A DNA stretch of 64,000 bases, from positions 24,957 to 88,956 of the forward strand of contig CALRFF010000001.1 of the NCBI GenBank assembly GCA_943356495.1, read 5' to 3'. How positions within the stretch are numbered: the first letter of the stretch is position 1; each line of letters begins with the position of its first letter. Shown piece after piece: positions 55,609 through 64,000 of this stretch. Both the position numbers and the translations under genes were made by a program. The notes under the pieces were generated by a model. That model saw only the letters and a list, made by a program, of their open reading frames with translations, made no database searches and was not told where the DNA came from. The DNA comes from Candidatus Nomurabacteria bacterium (lineage in GTDB: Bacteria > Patescibacteriota > Minisyncoccia > Phycocordibacterales > SBAW01).

Positions 55609-55971
55609 TTGCGGTACACTAGAGCGATGGAGGCTTTTGCGATTGCGCTTGTCACCGACCCTCTGCGGTATATCGCGTATATCTTTGCGCTCTTTGGCGC
55701 CATAGGAACGCTATTATTTATGGCGGGCTTCGGCGGCGGGATTAAATTTATATTTACCTATGCCGAAGACGCGCACCATATGGCGCATGCGCGTGCCCGT
55801 ATTGTGTGGGGTGTGCTTATCTGCATGGTGACGCTCGGGTTGTGGGAAATTGTGCGCGTGGTTATAGGACAAGCACCGCTTGGGTATCTGTGGTTGTCAC
55901 TATTCCTCTTAACTCCGCTGTGGATACCTGCACTTATGAAGCTTGCAAAAGGAGGCGGAGGCGGTCACTAG
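55609..55971 (+). CDS. hypothetical small membrane protein (120 aa, 3-4 TM, GGGGGH tail)
   Basis: Hydrophobic ORF divergent from the 462-aa gene, with a terminator immediately downstream. Confidence 0.45.
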   Translation: MRYTRAMEAFAIALVTDPLRYIAYIFALFGAIGTLLFMAGFGGGIKFIFTYAEDAHHMAHARARIVWGVLICMVTLGLWEIVRVVIGQAPLGYLWLSLFLLTPLWIPALMKLAKGGGGGH

Positions 55972-55976
55972 TAAAA

Positions 55977-56000
55977 AACTCCCCGAAGGGAGTTTTTTAC
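55977..56000. terminator. bidirectional terminator
   Basis: AAAAAACTCCC-cgaa-GGGAGTTTTTT, near-identical to the hairpin at 7428-7454. Confidence 0.6.
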
Positions 56001-57046
56001 TTTACCAAGGTAAACTTGTTGTCTTTGCCGCGTTTAAAGTATTTTTGATTCTGCAAGTTGACCACAATAGTGCCCGGCTTTACATGGCGCTCTTTAAGCA
56101 CCTTTTCGATAATTTGGTCTTTGGTCATAGGGCCGCCGTTGCGCAACACCTCGCGCACCACGTCGCGTACGACGCCTTGGGTATAGCCCCACTCGCATAG
56201 CGCGTACATACCGCGGCCCACCAACACAAAACGCGGGTCTTTAATAAGTTCGTTGTGGGTGGTGGCCACGTGCGCCTTGCGGTCGAACATCTTTTCAATC
56301 ATGCTTGCCACCTCGCGGAAGTGCAGCGGAGAACCGTGCTTTTTAACCGCCAAGTACGCGTAGTCGCGTACCCCTTTGGTCTTTACGTTTTGCGAGCTGG
56401 CCTGGCCCCACTCGCCGAGCGGGTTTTTACCGATGTTTTTAGAAATAGAGAGCCAGCGCTTAAGCACCTCGCTGTTGCGGTGCTTGTCGTTAATATTTTG
56501 CAGCTCCTTAAGAAAGCGGTCTATCATCTCGCCCTCCGGTATTAGGTCCTCGTCAGAAAGGCCTTCATACAAGCGCTTGAGCGAGTCTTCGACTTTGCCG
56601 GCAAGCTCGTGGTCGACGTACCAGCAGCGGTTAACCTCGTCGTCTTCTTTGCGGTATTTAAACGGGTCGCCGAGCACCAAAAGGAAGTAGATATGGTTCT
56701 GCATCGACTTGTCCTTGGTCATAAAATCGAGTAGGTCGTCCTCGCAGACAATGCCGCCGAGGCCGTCGATAATGCGCTCGAGCTCGCCGAACGCCGGCGT
56801 AACCGAGTCGAAAGCCGGCGACTTTTTAAGCGCGGCAAGGGCATGGTTTTCAATCTGGCGGACACGCTCGCGGGTAATACCGTAGCGCTTGCCGATAGCC
56901 TCCAACGTCACCTTTTCGGTATTAGTGCCAAGGCCAAAACGGGCCTCAAGGACGGCGCGCGAACGCTCCGGGAGCGCCGAGAGAAGGCGCTTAACTATCA
57001 CTTTAGGTTTGAACCCGGTTTTATCGGCAACAGCCGCCTTGGTCAT
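55997..57046 (-). CDS. sigma-70 region-4 domain fused to two HARE-HTH domains
   Basis: N-terminus LSALPERSRAVLEARFGLGTNTEKVTLEAIGKRYGITRERVRQIENHALAALKK matches sigma70 region 4.1/4.2 nearly residue-for-residue. No regions 2 or 3. The C-terminal half holds two HARE-HTH-like modules (VRDYAYLAVKKHGSPLHFREV..., VRDVVREVLRNGGPMTKDQIIEKV...). Confidence 0.6.
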   Translation of the reverse strand: MTKAAVADKTGFKPKVIVKRLLSALPERSRAVLEARFGLGTNTEKVTLEAIGKRYGITRERVRQIENHALAALKKSPAFDSVTPAFGELERIIDGLGGIVCEDDLLDFMTKDKSMQNHIYFLLVLGDPFKYRKEDDEVNRCWYVDHELAGKVEDSLKRLYEGLSDEDLIPEGEMIDRFLKELQNINDKHRNSEVLKRWLSISKNIGKNPLGEWGQASSQNVKTKGVRDYAYLAVKKHGSPLHFREVASMIEKMFDRKAHVATTHNELIKDPRFVLVGRGMYALCEWGYTQGVVRDVVREVLRNGGPMTKDQIIEKVLKERHVKPGTIVVNLQNQKYFKRGKDNKFTLVK

Positions 57047-57092
57047 AGGTATACGTTGTATCACAGGGTTGCCCAGTGAGTCAAATGTGTGG

Positions 57093-59915
57093 TCAAGCAC
57101 TCTTGACAGACAAACTTAAAATCTTGCCCGGTACATACACCACCTTAGTTATGTCTGCGCCGGAAAGCCACTTAGCCACCACTGCATTGGCCTGCGCGGC
57201 AGCAACCGCCTCCTCTTGCGAAGCGGTGGGGGCAAGCTCAACCGTGCCGCGTAATTTGCCGTTAACCTGTACGCCCAAGGACAGCACCGCCGCCGTAAGT
57301 TTGGTCGCGTCGTAGGTGGGCCACTGCTCCCAATCGGTTGTTACAAAGCCCGCGCGTTCGGCAAGCTCATGGGCAAGGTGCGGCGCAAAGGGGTTAAGTA
57401 TCTGCAAAAATTGCATCCACTGCGCCTTGCCTATCGTCTTTTCTTTTTCTACGGCATTAAGCAGTATCATCATCTGGCTTACTGCGGTATTAAACTTAAA
57501 CGCCTCGATATCATCGCCCACCTTTTTAACCGTCTGCGCAACAATAGTATCAAGTGCCGGCACTGCGGACTCTTGTACCGCGTCTTGGAGCTTCCACACA
57601 CGCTCGACAAAGCGCGACACGCCGTTTATCGAAGCGGGGTTCCATGCGGTCGTATTTTCAAACGGACCCATAAACATTTCGTATAAACGGAAGGTGTCCG
57701 CCCCCACCTGTGCCACCACGGTTTGGGGGTTAATAACGTTGCCGTAACGCTTACTCATTTTGCGGCCGTCCTCGGCCAAGATAAACCCCAAAAACTCCAA
57801 CCGGGCAAAAGGCTCGGTGGTGCTTACCGCCCCGATATCGTAGAGAAATTTGTGCCAAAAGCGGGCATAGATTAAGTGCCGCACCGCGTGGTCGCCGCCC
57901 ACATATACATCAACCGGCGCCCAATACTTTTCTTTCTTCGGATCCACCAACGCAGTGTCGTTATGCGGGTCCATAAAACGCAGATAATACCAGCTACTCC
58001 CCGCCCACTGCGGCATGGTGTTTGTCTCGCGCTTGGCGGGGCCGCCGCAGGTAGGGCAGGTCGTGTTAACCCACTCCTGTATATTCGCCAAAGGCGACTC
58101 GCCCGTGCCCGAGGGCTCATAAGAGGTAACTTCCGGCAACAGCACGGGCAAATCCTTTTCGGGCACGGCAACGGCGCCGTCTGTAGGACAATGGATAATC
58201 GGGATAGGCTCGCCCCAGTAGCGCTGGCGGCTAAACACCCAGTCTTTTAGTTTGTAGGTAGTGGTCATCTTGCCGCCGACAAACTCGGTTATTTTTTTCT
58301 TGGCTTCCTCGCTCTCCAAGCGGTCAAATTGCCCTGAATTAGCAAGCGTCCCGTTGCCGGTATAGATGCTCTGCGTGCCCAAGAGCCAACGCAGACCATG
58401 CTGATGCGTATCGGGAGTCAAGAATTTTTTAAGCTCTTCAGCCGTGAGCCAAAGCATCTCATGTATAGATTCTTCTTCGGCCGCGACCGGCTTACGCGCA
58501 TCGCTCCGGAGCTCGAAATACACAACATGCGCATGGGCATTACGGTTAGTTTTTTTTGGCACGTGATAAAACTTGCCGTGGACAATGCCGAAGTCCTTTA
58601 TAAACTCCGCATCGGTATAGCCAACCTCTTCCTCAAGCTCTGCGCGTGCCGCGATTTCGGGAGTTTGCCCTTTTTCTATGCCGCCGGTTATAAAAGTCCC
58701 CCACGCCACTTTTTTCCACTTAAGCGCAATATATTTGTCTTCGGCCCAATGCTTTACTATCGCAATTATCGCCTCGCGATGGTCAAAAGGCTCCCCTTTT
58801 TTTATCTTTCCGGGTTCAGTGGTTTGTTCGTAGGTAGGCTCGATGACCTGTCTGATAGGTAATTTAAATTTATTTGCAAACTCGTAGTCGCGCTCGTCGT
58901 GCGCGGGCACAGCCATAATTGCGCCGGTGCCGTAGCCCCACAACACATAGTCGGCGACAAACACCGGAATTTCTTCTTTCGTCGCGGGATTGATGGCTTT
59001 GACGCCTTTAAGCTCGACGCCGGTCTTTTCTTTAGCCGCCCCACGCTCTATCTCGGTTTTGCTTTGCGCTTTCGCTACATATTTTTTAACCTCGGCATTG
59101 CCAAATTCTTCAACCAGCGGATGTTCGGGGGCCAACACGATATATGTGGCTCCAAACAGCGTATCCGGTCGCGTCGTAAACACTTCTATTTGTGATTTGT
59201 TATTTGTTATTTGAAATTTCAGAAGGGCACCTTCCGAGCGGCCTATCCAGTTGCGCTGAGCTTCCTTTATATACTCGGGCCATTGCAGGCCCCCCAAGTC
59301 TTCCAACATACGGTCGGCATAGGCTGTAATTTTAAGCACCCACTGCGGCAGGCGCTTTTTTTCTACCTTGGTACCGCAACGCTCGCACACGTCGCCGTCC
59401 AAGTCCTCGTTAGCAAGCCCCGTCATGCACGAGGGACACCAATTGATAGGCTCACTGCTCTGGTAGGCCAAACCCTTTTTAAACATCTGCAAAAAAATCC
59501 ATTGCGTCCACTTGTAGTACGCCGGGTCGGTGGTATTAATCTCACGCGACCAGTCGTAGTCAAAGCCGATGTCGGCAAGCTGCTGCTTAAAGTTGGCGAT
59601 ATTTTGCTCGACCGCTACGCGGGGGTGGATTTTGTTTTTGATGGCATAATTTTCGGCGGGTAGGCCAAAGGCGTCCCACCCCATGGGGTGCAGCACGTTG
59701 TGTCCGCGCATGCGCATATGGCGGCTGTAGATATCGGTCGCTATGTAGCCCTTAGGGTGCCCTACATGGAGCCCCTCGCCCGAAGGGTACGGAAACATAT
59801 CGAGCACGTAGGTTTTAGGTTTGGCAGAGTCGTCGGTAGCGGCAAAAGCTTTGGACTCTTTCCACTTTTCCTGCCATTTTTTTTCTATACTCCGATGATC
59901 GTACTGGTCGGCCAT
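57093..59915 (-). CDS. leuS: leucine--tRNA ligase with an inserted NUDIX-fold module
   Basis: HIGH (PYPSGEGLHVGH), Zn-1 domain (CPSC...CERC), CP1 editing domain (TTRPDT, AVPAHDERDYEFA), KMSKR and anticodon-binding domain. Residues ~375-512 are an insertion with a Nudix-box-like motif. Confidence 0.9.
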   Translation of the reverse strand: MADQYDHRSIEKKWQEKWKESKAFAATDDSAKPKTYVLDMFPYPSGEGLHVGHPKGYIATDIYSRHMRMRGHNVLHPMGWDAFGLPAENYAIKNKIHPRVAVEQNIANFKQQLADIGFDYDWSREINTTDPAYYKWTQWIFLQMFKKGLAYQSSEPINWCPSCMTGLANEDLDGDVCERCGTKVEKKRLPQWVLKITAYADRMLEDLGGLQWPEYIKEAQRNWIGRSEGALLKFQITNNKSQIEVFTTRPDTLFGATYIVLAPEHPLVEEFGNAEVKKYVAKAQSKTEIERGAAKEKTGVELKGVKAINPATKEEIPVFVADYVLWGYGTGAIMAVPAHDERDYEFANKFKLPIRQVIEPTYEQTTEPGKIKKGEPFDHREAIIAIVKHWAEDKYIALKWKKVAWGTFITGGIEKGQTPEIAARAELEEEVGYTDAEFIKDFGIVHGKFYHVPKKTNRNAHAHVVYFELRSDARKPVAAEEESIHEMLWLTAEELKKFLTPDTHQHGLRWLLGTQSIYTGNGTLANSGQFDRLESEEAKKKITEFVGGKMTTTYKLKDWVFSRQRYWGEPIPIIHCPTDGAVAVPEKDLPVLLPEVTSYEPSGTGESPLANIQEWVNTTCPTCGGPAKRETNTMPQWAGSSWYYLRFMDPHNDTALVDPKKEKYWAPVDVYVGGDHAVRHLIYARFWHKFLYDIGAVSTTEPFARLEFLGFILAEDGRKMSKRYGNVINPQTVVAQVGADTFRLYEMFMGPFENTTAWNPASINGVSRFVERVWKLQDAVQESAVPALDTIVAQTVKKVGDDIEAFKFNTAVSQMMILLNAVEKEKTIGKAQWMQFLQILNPFAPHLAHELAERAGFVTTDWEQWPTYDATKLTAAVLSLGVQVNGKLRGTVELAPTASQEEAVAAAQANAVVAKWLSGADITKVVYVPGKILSLSVKSA

Positions 59916-59935
59916 TGCGCTTTAAAATAACACAA

Positions 59936-59988
59936 AAATCCCCGCCCCGCCTGCCGACGGGCAGGTTGGTTAGAGCGGGGATTTTTGT
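59936..59988. terminator. compound hairpin terminator between leuS and the 59995 gene
   Basis: AAAATCCCCGC...GCGGGGATTTTT enclosing CCTGCC-gacg-GGCAGG. Confidence 0.5.
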
Positions 59989-59994
59989 GTTCGA

Positions 59995-60939
59995 TTATTT
60001 AACGCCTTTTGGGTTCGGAGGGTAGAGCTCGGGGTCGATACTGCGGTCAAAGCAGGTTTCTCCTGCCGCGTGCTCCCATTTGTCGCTGACGCCACCGTAC
60101 AGTGCCGGCATCGTCACCGGGCGGCCGTACTGGTCGCCTGGGCCTGCGGTGCCGAAGGTTGCGCACAAGCTAAAGTCAAGCGGGCTGTATCGCTTGTAGA
60201 CATACGCCTCCTTGGTTTCGGGGTCAAACGGTATCGTGTAGTACGACAATGAGTCGTTGAGGTCGCTTAGTTGCGCCGGCAAAGACTCCTTTTGCTGCCA
60301 ATAGTAGACAATCTGCGACTGTAAAGACTGCAGGTCGCTGATGCGCTGCTGGTCAAGACGCAGTTGGCGCTGGCTAGCCGGCGAGCCAATGATGACAAAC
60401 CCCGCGGCGATAGTGAGTACGATAAGCAAGCCTACCGCCCACGACACCATGCGCGCGTATTGCGGCTTCTTCTCCCAGTAGCCCCATAGGTCGGCCATAA
60501 AGTGCATAAAGCCGGCACTTGCCACCAGCAGCACTACTAGGACTTTAAGCAAAAAGCGTGCGGAAAGCTCTTCGCCCTGCAGAAAGGTGTTAATAAGCAC
60601 AATAAGGTCAACAACAATAGTTGCCCCCGCGACAAACAGCGTAAGGAACAGGGCCCAGCGGCGTACCCACACTTCGCTGCGCGTCGGGTCCTTTTGTATG
60701 TTGTTGCGGATAATCCGCATCAATATAAGGAGTACCGGCGCAAGCACGATAAGGCTCGCCATTTCGTAGCTGATAGAGCCTTGGTACGGGTCGTAGTAGT
60801 ACTGCAGCGCTTGGTCCTTAAAAACGTAGTTAATGTAGTCGAACAAAAGCCCCACAAACGAAAACGTGCCTACGTATAAAGCGAGCATCGCACCGGCCCA
60901 CAGGAAGAAGTCCTTAGGCGTTGCTTTGGGTTTATCCAT
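59995..60939 (-). CDS. hypothetical polytopic membrane protein with C-terminal soluble domain
   Basis: Four or five TM helices, then a Q-rich linker and a C-terminal Cys-containing domain. No motifs recognised. Confidence 0.45.
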   Translation of the reverse strand: MDKPKATPKDFFLWAGAMLALYVGTFSFVGLLFDYINYVFKDQALQYYYDPYQGSISYEMASLIVLAPVLLILMRIIRNNIQKDPTRSEVWVRRWALFLTLFVAGATIVVDLIVLINTFLQGEELSARFLLKVLVVLLVASAGFMHFMADLWGYWEKKPQYARMVSWAVGLLIVLTIAAGFVIIGSPASQRQLRLDQQRISDLQSLQSQIVYYWQQKESLPAQLSDLNDSLSYYTIPFDPETKEAYVYKRYSPLDFSLCATFGTAGPGDQYGRPVTMPALYGGVSDKWEHAAGETCFDRSIDPELYPPNPKGVK

Positions 60940-61879
60940 GCAGAAATTCTATCACATCGCCGTCCTGGACAATATACTCTTTTCCTTCTGTCCTAATCTG
61001 GCCTTTTTCGCGAGCTGCAGCGCGGGAACCGGCGGTTATAAGCGTCTGCCAATTGATAACCTCGGCGCGGATAAATTTGTCTTTAAAGTCGGTGTGTATA
61101 GCCGCGCCGGCCTCGGGGGCAGTAGAGCCTTTTGTAATAGTCCACGCGCGCGTCTCGTCCTTGCCGGTTGTAAAGTAGCTCATAAGGCCAAGTAGGTCGT
61201 AGCCGGCACGGATAAGATTATTAACCCCGTCGTCAAACACGCCGTACTCTTGGCGGAACTGCTGTTTGTCGTCTTGGTGCAAGTCTTTAAGCTCGCCCTC
61301 GACATGTGCATCTACCACTACATATTGAGCGCCCGTCTTTTCAAAAAATTCCATTAGGCGGTCCCAGCGGCCGTCGGCCATCTCGTCCAAGTTGTGGCCG
61401 CCGGCTTCTTTATTAAGCACATACAGCATGGGCTTGTTGGCCAGCTGGCGTGTTTTGTCTTTGGTTTCGATGTCGGAGAGCGCGAGCTCGGTGTTAATAA
61501 GCTCGATGTCGGCAAGCGGGTCTATCTGCTCTTGGGTGCTCACGACGTTAGGATTGTCAAAAATACGCACCACGTGGGCGATAGCGTCTACCTCGCGGAT
61601 ATGGGAAAGGAACTGGTTGCCCAAGCCCTCCCCTTCGGCTGCGCCCTTGACCAACCCGGCGATGTCCACAAACTCTATAGCCGCGGGGATATCTTTTTCA
61701 GACTCGCTAAACTGCGCCAGCTTCTCGCGACGCTCGTCGGGCACGGCCACGACCCCGACCGAGGGGTCGATGGTCGCAAACGGATAATTAGCGACAAGCA
61801 CCGACTTTTTGGTCAGTGCATTAAAAAGAGTGGACTTACCGACGTTCGGAAGCCCTACGATACCTATAGATAAACCCAT
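60932..61879 (-). CDS. ychF: ribosome-binding ATPase YchF (Obg-family GTPase fold), short form
   Basis: G1 GLPNVGKST and the NALT motif, with a TGS-like C-terminus. 315 aa versus about 363. Confidence 0.8.
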   Translation of the reverse strand: MGLSIGIVGLPNVGKSTLFNALTKKSVLVANYPFATIDPSVGVVAVPDERREKLAQFSESEKDIPAAIEFVDIAGLVKGAAEGEGLGNQFLSHIREVDAIAHVVRIFDNPNVVSTQEQIDPLADIELINTELALSDIETKDKTRQLANKPMLYVLNKEAGGHNLDEMADGRWDRLMEFFEKTGAQYVVVDAHVEGELKDLHQDDKQQFRQEYGVFDDGVNNLIRAGYDLLGLMSYFTTGKDETRAWTITKGSTAPEAGAAIHTDFKDKFIRAEVINWQTLITAGSRAAAREKGQIRTEGKEYIVQDGDVIEFLHG

Positions 61880-61895
61880 ACGAAAGGACTATACA

Positions 61896-62489
61896 CTACT
61901 CACCCAATGTTCCCAAACGGATTACTTTACGGCGCCATTCGTTTAACTTCCACTCCGGCGCAGTTTCGGACGGGCCGAACAAAGATGCGCGTACTTTAAA
62001 TCCGGCAAACCACAGTATCCCCCGCCGTATTTCGTTGGTGTAGTCGCCGAAAAATCCCCATATCGCCCACGGATGCGTACCAGAAAGGTTTATGACACGC
62101 GCGGTTTTGCCTTTTAATAACTTATGCCACCCGCCGATGTTGCGCCCAAACCAGTCTTTGCGCATCCGAAACGCGACCCCCGGCAACCACGCACGGTCAA
62201 ACAACCCCTTAAGCAAAGCGGGCATGGTGCACCACCAGTTGGGGTACAGCACGACCAAGTGGTCGCACCATGTGACCGCTTCTTGAAATGCTTTAATGTC
62301 CGGTTCGCACTCTTGGATAACTTTGTAGCCTTTGTGCAAAATCGGGTCAAAGCGCATGTCGGCCAAGTTAAAACGCTTTACTTCGTGGCCAGCCTTGCGT
62401 GCAGCGGTTTCATAGAGCAGCGCCATATTGCCGGTGCGCGTAGGGCCCGTGTCGGGGTGCCCAAGCAGTACAACTATTTTTTTTGGCAT
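61896..62489 (-). CDS. flavodoxin-like fold NAD(P)H-dependent oxidoreductase (Flavodoxin_2/NQO-like)
   Basis: [10 protein letters not shown]...[13 protein letters not shown] pattern. Start set at the internal ATG (MPKKIVV). Confidence 0.65.
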   Translation of the reverse strand: MPKKIVVLLGHPDTGPTRTGNMALLYETAARKAGHEVKRFNLADMRFDPILHKGYKVIQECEPDIKAFQEAVTWCDHLVVLYPNWWCTMPALLKGLFDRAWLPGVAFRMRKDWFGRNIGGWHKLLKGKTARVINLSGTHPWAIWGFFGDYTNEIRRGILWFAGFKVRASLFGPSETAPEWKLNEWRRKVIRLGTLGE

Positions 62490-62514
62490 GTGGTCGGAGA
62501 AAAAACGCATAAGT

Positions 62515-63462
62515 TTAGAACGAGGGTTGCACCACCGGCGCGCGGTTGTGCAGATGCAAGTCTTCGTGCCGCTGTGGCATAATCCGCAACCCGGGCAAAT
62601 GATTGTAGTCCGGCACATATACCGGCTCTTGCGGTGCCACTACGGTATGCGGTGCCGTGAGCTCTAGATGCTCGACCACCGGCAGGTTGGCGGGGTTAAG
62701 CGGGGCAAGTGGTGGCGCTACGGAGACTATCGGTTTAGGTGGAGGCGGGGGTGGCGGTACGGGTTTGGCAACTGGCACAGGAGGTGGTGGCGCTACCGGT
62801 TTTGGCGGAGTGGGAGGAGGTGCCGCCACTACCACCGGTGCGGGTACGGGTTTGATAACCGGCGGCGGCACAACCGGTGCGGGTCTAGCCGCAACTACCG
62901 GTGCCGGTGCAGCCTTAACAACAACCGGTACAACAATTTTAATTGCGGCAGTGTTGGTCCGCTTCATCAACAGTACAAACATCCCCCACCCTAAACCAAA
63001 GACCGCCAACCATGCCGCATAAAACATGCCGAGTATCGCCCATGGCGCTATGGGCGCGGCACTATGTACCATAAACAAAGCAAGCCATGTGGCGCCGGTA
63101 AAACCTTCGAGAGCGGCGTGTCCGCGTATCACATGCTTTTCGAGCAGGTAGGCAACCACAAGAGCCACAATGAGCACCCATTTAAATGCAAATACGGGCA
63201 GCAACAGTAATTCCTGCTGACCGATAATAAAATGAAAGGCGGTTGCACCCGCGCCGGACAGCACCATAAGCGCAAGACCGATAAATTGCGCCGCGCGCAC
63301 CGCGGGGATACTGGCAAACCATTGCGGCCGGTGCTCGTGGAGCGAGATAAGATGCGACACCAACAGCACGACCTCGGCGCCGACGCCGAGTACGACGCCT
63401 AACCATTGCACGCAATATAACAAAAGAGCCGCGAGCTCGAGCATATATAAAGTATATAGCAA
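62515..63462 (-). CDS. hypothetical membrane protein with long proline-rich (PAPV/PPKP) region
   Basis: Six or seven TM helices, followed by about 100 aa of Pro/Val/Ala/Lys repeats and a short C-terminal tail. Confidence 0.5.
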   Translation of the reverse strand: MLYTLYMLELAALLLYCVQWLGVVLGVGAEVVLLVSHLISLHEHRPQWFASIPAVRAAQFIGLALMVLSGAGATAFHFIIGQQELLLLPVFAFKWVLIVALVVAYLLEKHVIRGHAALEGFTGATWLALFMVHSAAPIAPWAILGMFYAAWLAVFGLGWGMFVLLMKRTNTAAIKIVVPVVVKAAPAPVVAARPAPVVPPPVIKPVPAPVVVAAPPPTPPKPVAPPPPVPVAKPVPPPPPPPKPIVSVAPPLAPLNPANLPVVEHLELTAPHTVVAPQEPVYVPDYNHLPGLRIMPQRHEDLHLHNRAPVVQPSF

Positions 63463-63464
63463 AA

Positions 63465-63497
63465 AAAATAGCCCCGCGTATTGCGCGGGGCCGTTTT
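63465..63497. terminator. terminator hairpin
   Basis: GCCCCGCG-tatt-GCGCGGGGC flanked by A7 and T5. Confidence 0.5.
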
Positions 63498-63499
63498 TA

Positions 63500-63799
63500 T
63501 TACTTTACCGGCATTGCCGTTGCCTCAAGGCGCTGCGGCCACGCAGCGATACGGGCGGCGTCGATTGCGTCGAGGCAATCGGTTAAGTCGGCACGAGCGT
63601 CGTTGGCAAGCGCGGCGACAGCTAACACTTTTGGGTCGACTAGGCTCACGCCTGCGGGCCTCAAAATATCGAGCAGGGTGCCATACGCCCTAGTAAAGGC
63701 GGCTGTTTGTGCAGGACACGGCACTGCGTCTTCTTGTCCATGGGCGGGATGTGCCCACAACAGGATAAAAGTCAGCAATACTAATGCATAAGGCATCAC
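63500..63799 (-). CDS. hypothetical small secreted protein (99 aa)
   Basis: Signal peptide MMPYALVLLTFILLWAHPAHG and two Cys residues. Terminator downstream. Confidence 0.4.
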   Translation of the reverse strand: MMPYALVLLTFILLWAHPAHGQEDAVPCPAQTAAFTRAYGTLLDILRPAGVSLVDPKVLAVAALANDARADLTDCLDAIDAARIAAWPQRLEATAMPVK

Positions 63800-63879
63800 T
63801 TCCTCCCCTCTTTAGCTCATCTGCAAGTATCGTACACTGTTTTCAATACATTAAAAATTCTGTATGATGCTATTTGCAA

Positions 63880-63952
63880 GGGCCCGTAGCTCACTTGGTA
63901 GAGCGCTTCCATGGCATGGAAGAGGTAACCGGTTCGATCCCGGTCGGGTCCA
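63880..63952 (+). tRNA. tRNA-Ala (anticodon GGC)
   Basis: Acceptor GGGCCCG/CGGGTCC with the G3:U70 identity pair, anticodon loop ATGGCAT, T-arm ACCGG-TTCGATC-CCGGT. A -10-like TATGAT lies about 12 nt upstream. Confidence 0.8.
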
Positions 63953-64000
63953 CCCTTACAAAATCACCGTTGCGCCGTCGTGGCGCACCTCCAGCACGCC

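Noticed and set aside
58398-58862. 154-aa + strand ORF inside leuS
   Set aside because: Antisense to the well-supported LeuRS/NUDIX reading frame. Arg/Phe-rich composition. Spurious.
62657-63022. Gly/Thr/Arg-rich + strand ORFs (62657-63022 and 62668-62994)
   Set aside because: They are reverse-complement mirrors of the proline-rich repeat of the 62515-63462 membrane protein. Low complexity, not coding.
1-64000. CRISPR arrays, rRNA genes, IS/transposases
   Set aside because: No direct-repeat/spacer periodicity, no rRNA-like conserved stretches and no transposase or integrase motifs were seen anywhere in the window.

Overview
The window is a gene-dense stretch (about 90% coding on both strands, GC near 60%) of a small bacterial genome made up almost entirely of housekeeping genes. 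Its compactness (4-nt ATGA gene overlaps, very short intergenic spacers, truncated aaRS and Ogt forms, rearranged operons) and a large set of lineage-specific hypothetical membrane or secreted proteins are consistent with a reduced CPR/Patescibacteria-like (Saccharibacteria-type) organism. That attribution is inference only. I found three tRNAs (Glu-CTC, Pro-GGG, Ala-GGC) and no rRNA, CRISPR array, transposase or intact prophage.

Recognisable content:
- The cell-wall/division (dcw) cluster is split into two opposed blocks: rsmH-ftsL-like-ftsI-murF on the + strand at 35-4140, and murG-ftsW-mraY-dacA-like followed by scpB-scpA-pepA on the - strand at 22200-29009.
- A long minus-strand run reads infA-rpmJ-rpsM-rpsK-rpsD-rpoA-rplQ-rplM-rpsI, then grpE-dnaK-(ABC exporter)-dnaJ-trpS-aspS-yjjX.
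- A DNA-repair cluster holds ung, a NUDIX hydrolase, a short ogt and a Cas4-like PD-(D/E)xK nuclease.
- Scattered singles include recR, dnaB, cysS, corA, ctpA, rplI, rplU, rpmA, rmuC, gltX, alaS, leuS, mnmA, mltG and ychF.

Most unusual observations:
1. LeuRS carries a roughly 140-aa NUDIX-fold module inserted at the CP1/catalytic-core junction, with a recognisable but partly substituted Nudix box.
2. One protein consists of a sigma-70 region-4 domain at its N-terminus fused to two HARE-HTH domains, with no sigma regions 2 or 3.
3. A secreted, extremely Tyr/Ser/Pro/Gln-rich low-complexity protein has heptad-like YSYPSYS repeats and a GGGWGGGWW tail.
4. A single polypeptide combines an ATP-cone with a restriction-endonuclease-like (PD-(D/E)xK) domain.
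5. An actin-fold ATPase and an FtsQ/PilN-topology protein sit where adk/map normally precede infA.
6. Several tiny genes with good ribosome-binding sites and terminators are present, including a 30-aa single-TM peptide.
7. A nested-palindrome operator/attenuator-like leader lies in front of a secreted lytic-transglycosylase gene.

No computations or database searches were run; all calls rest on motif recognition by eye.
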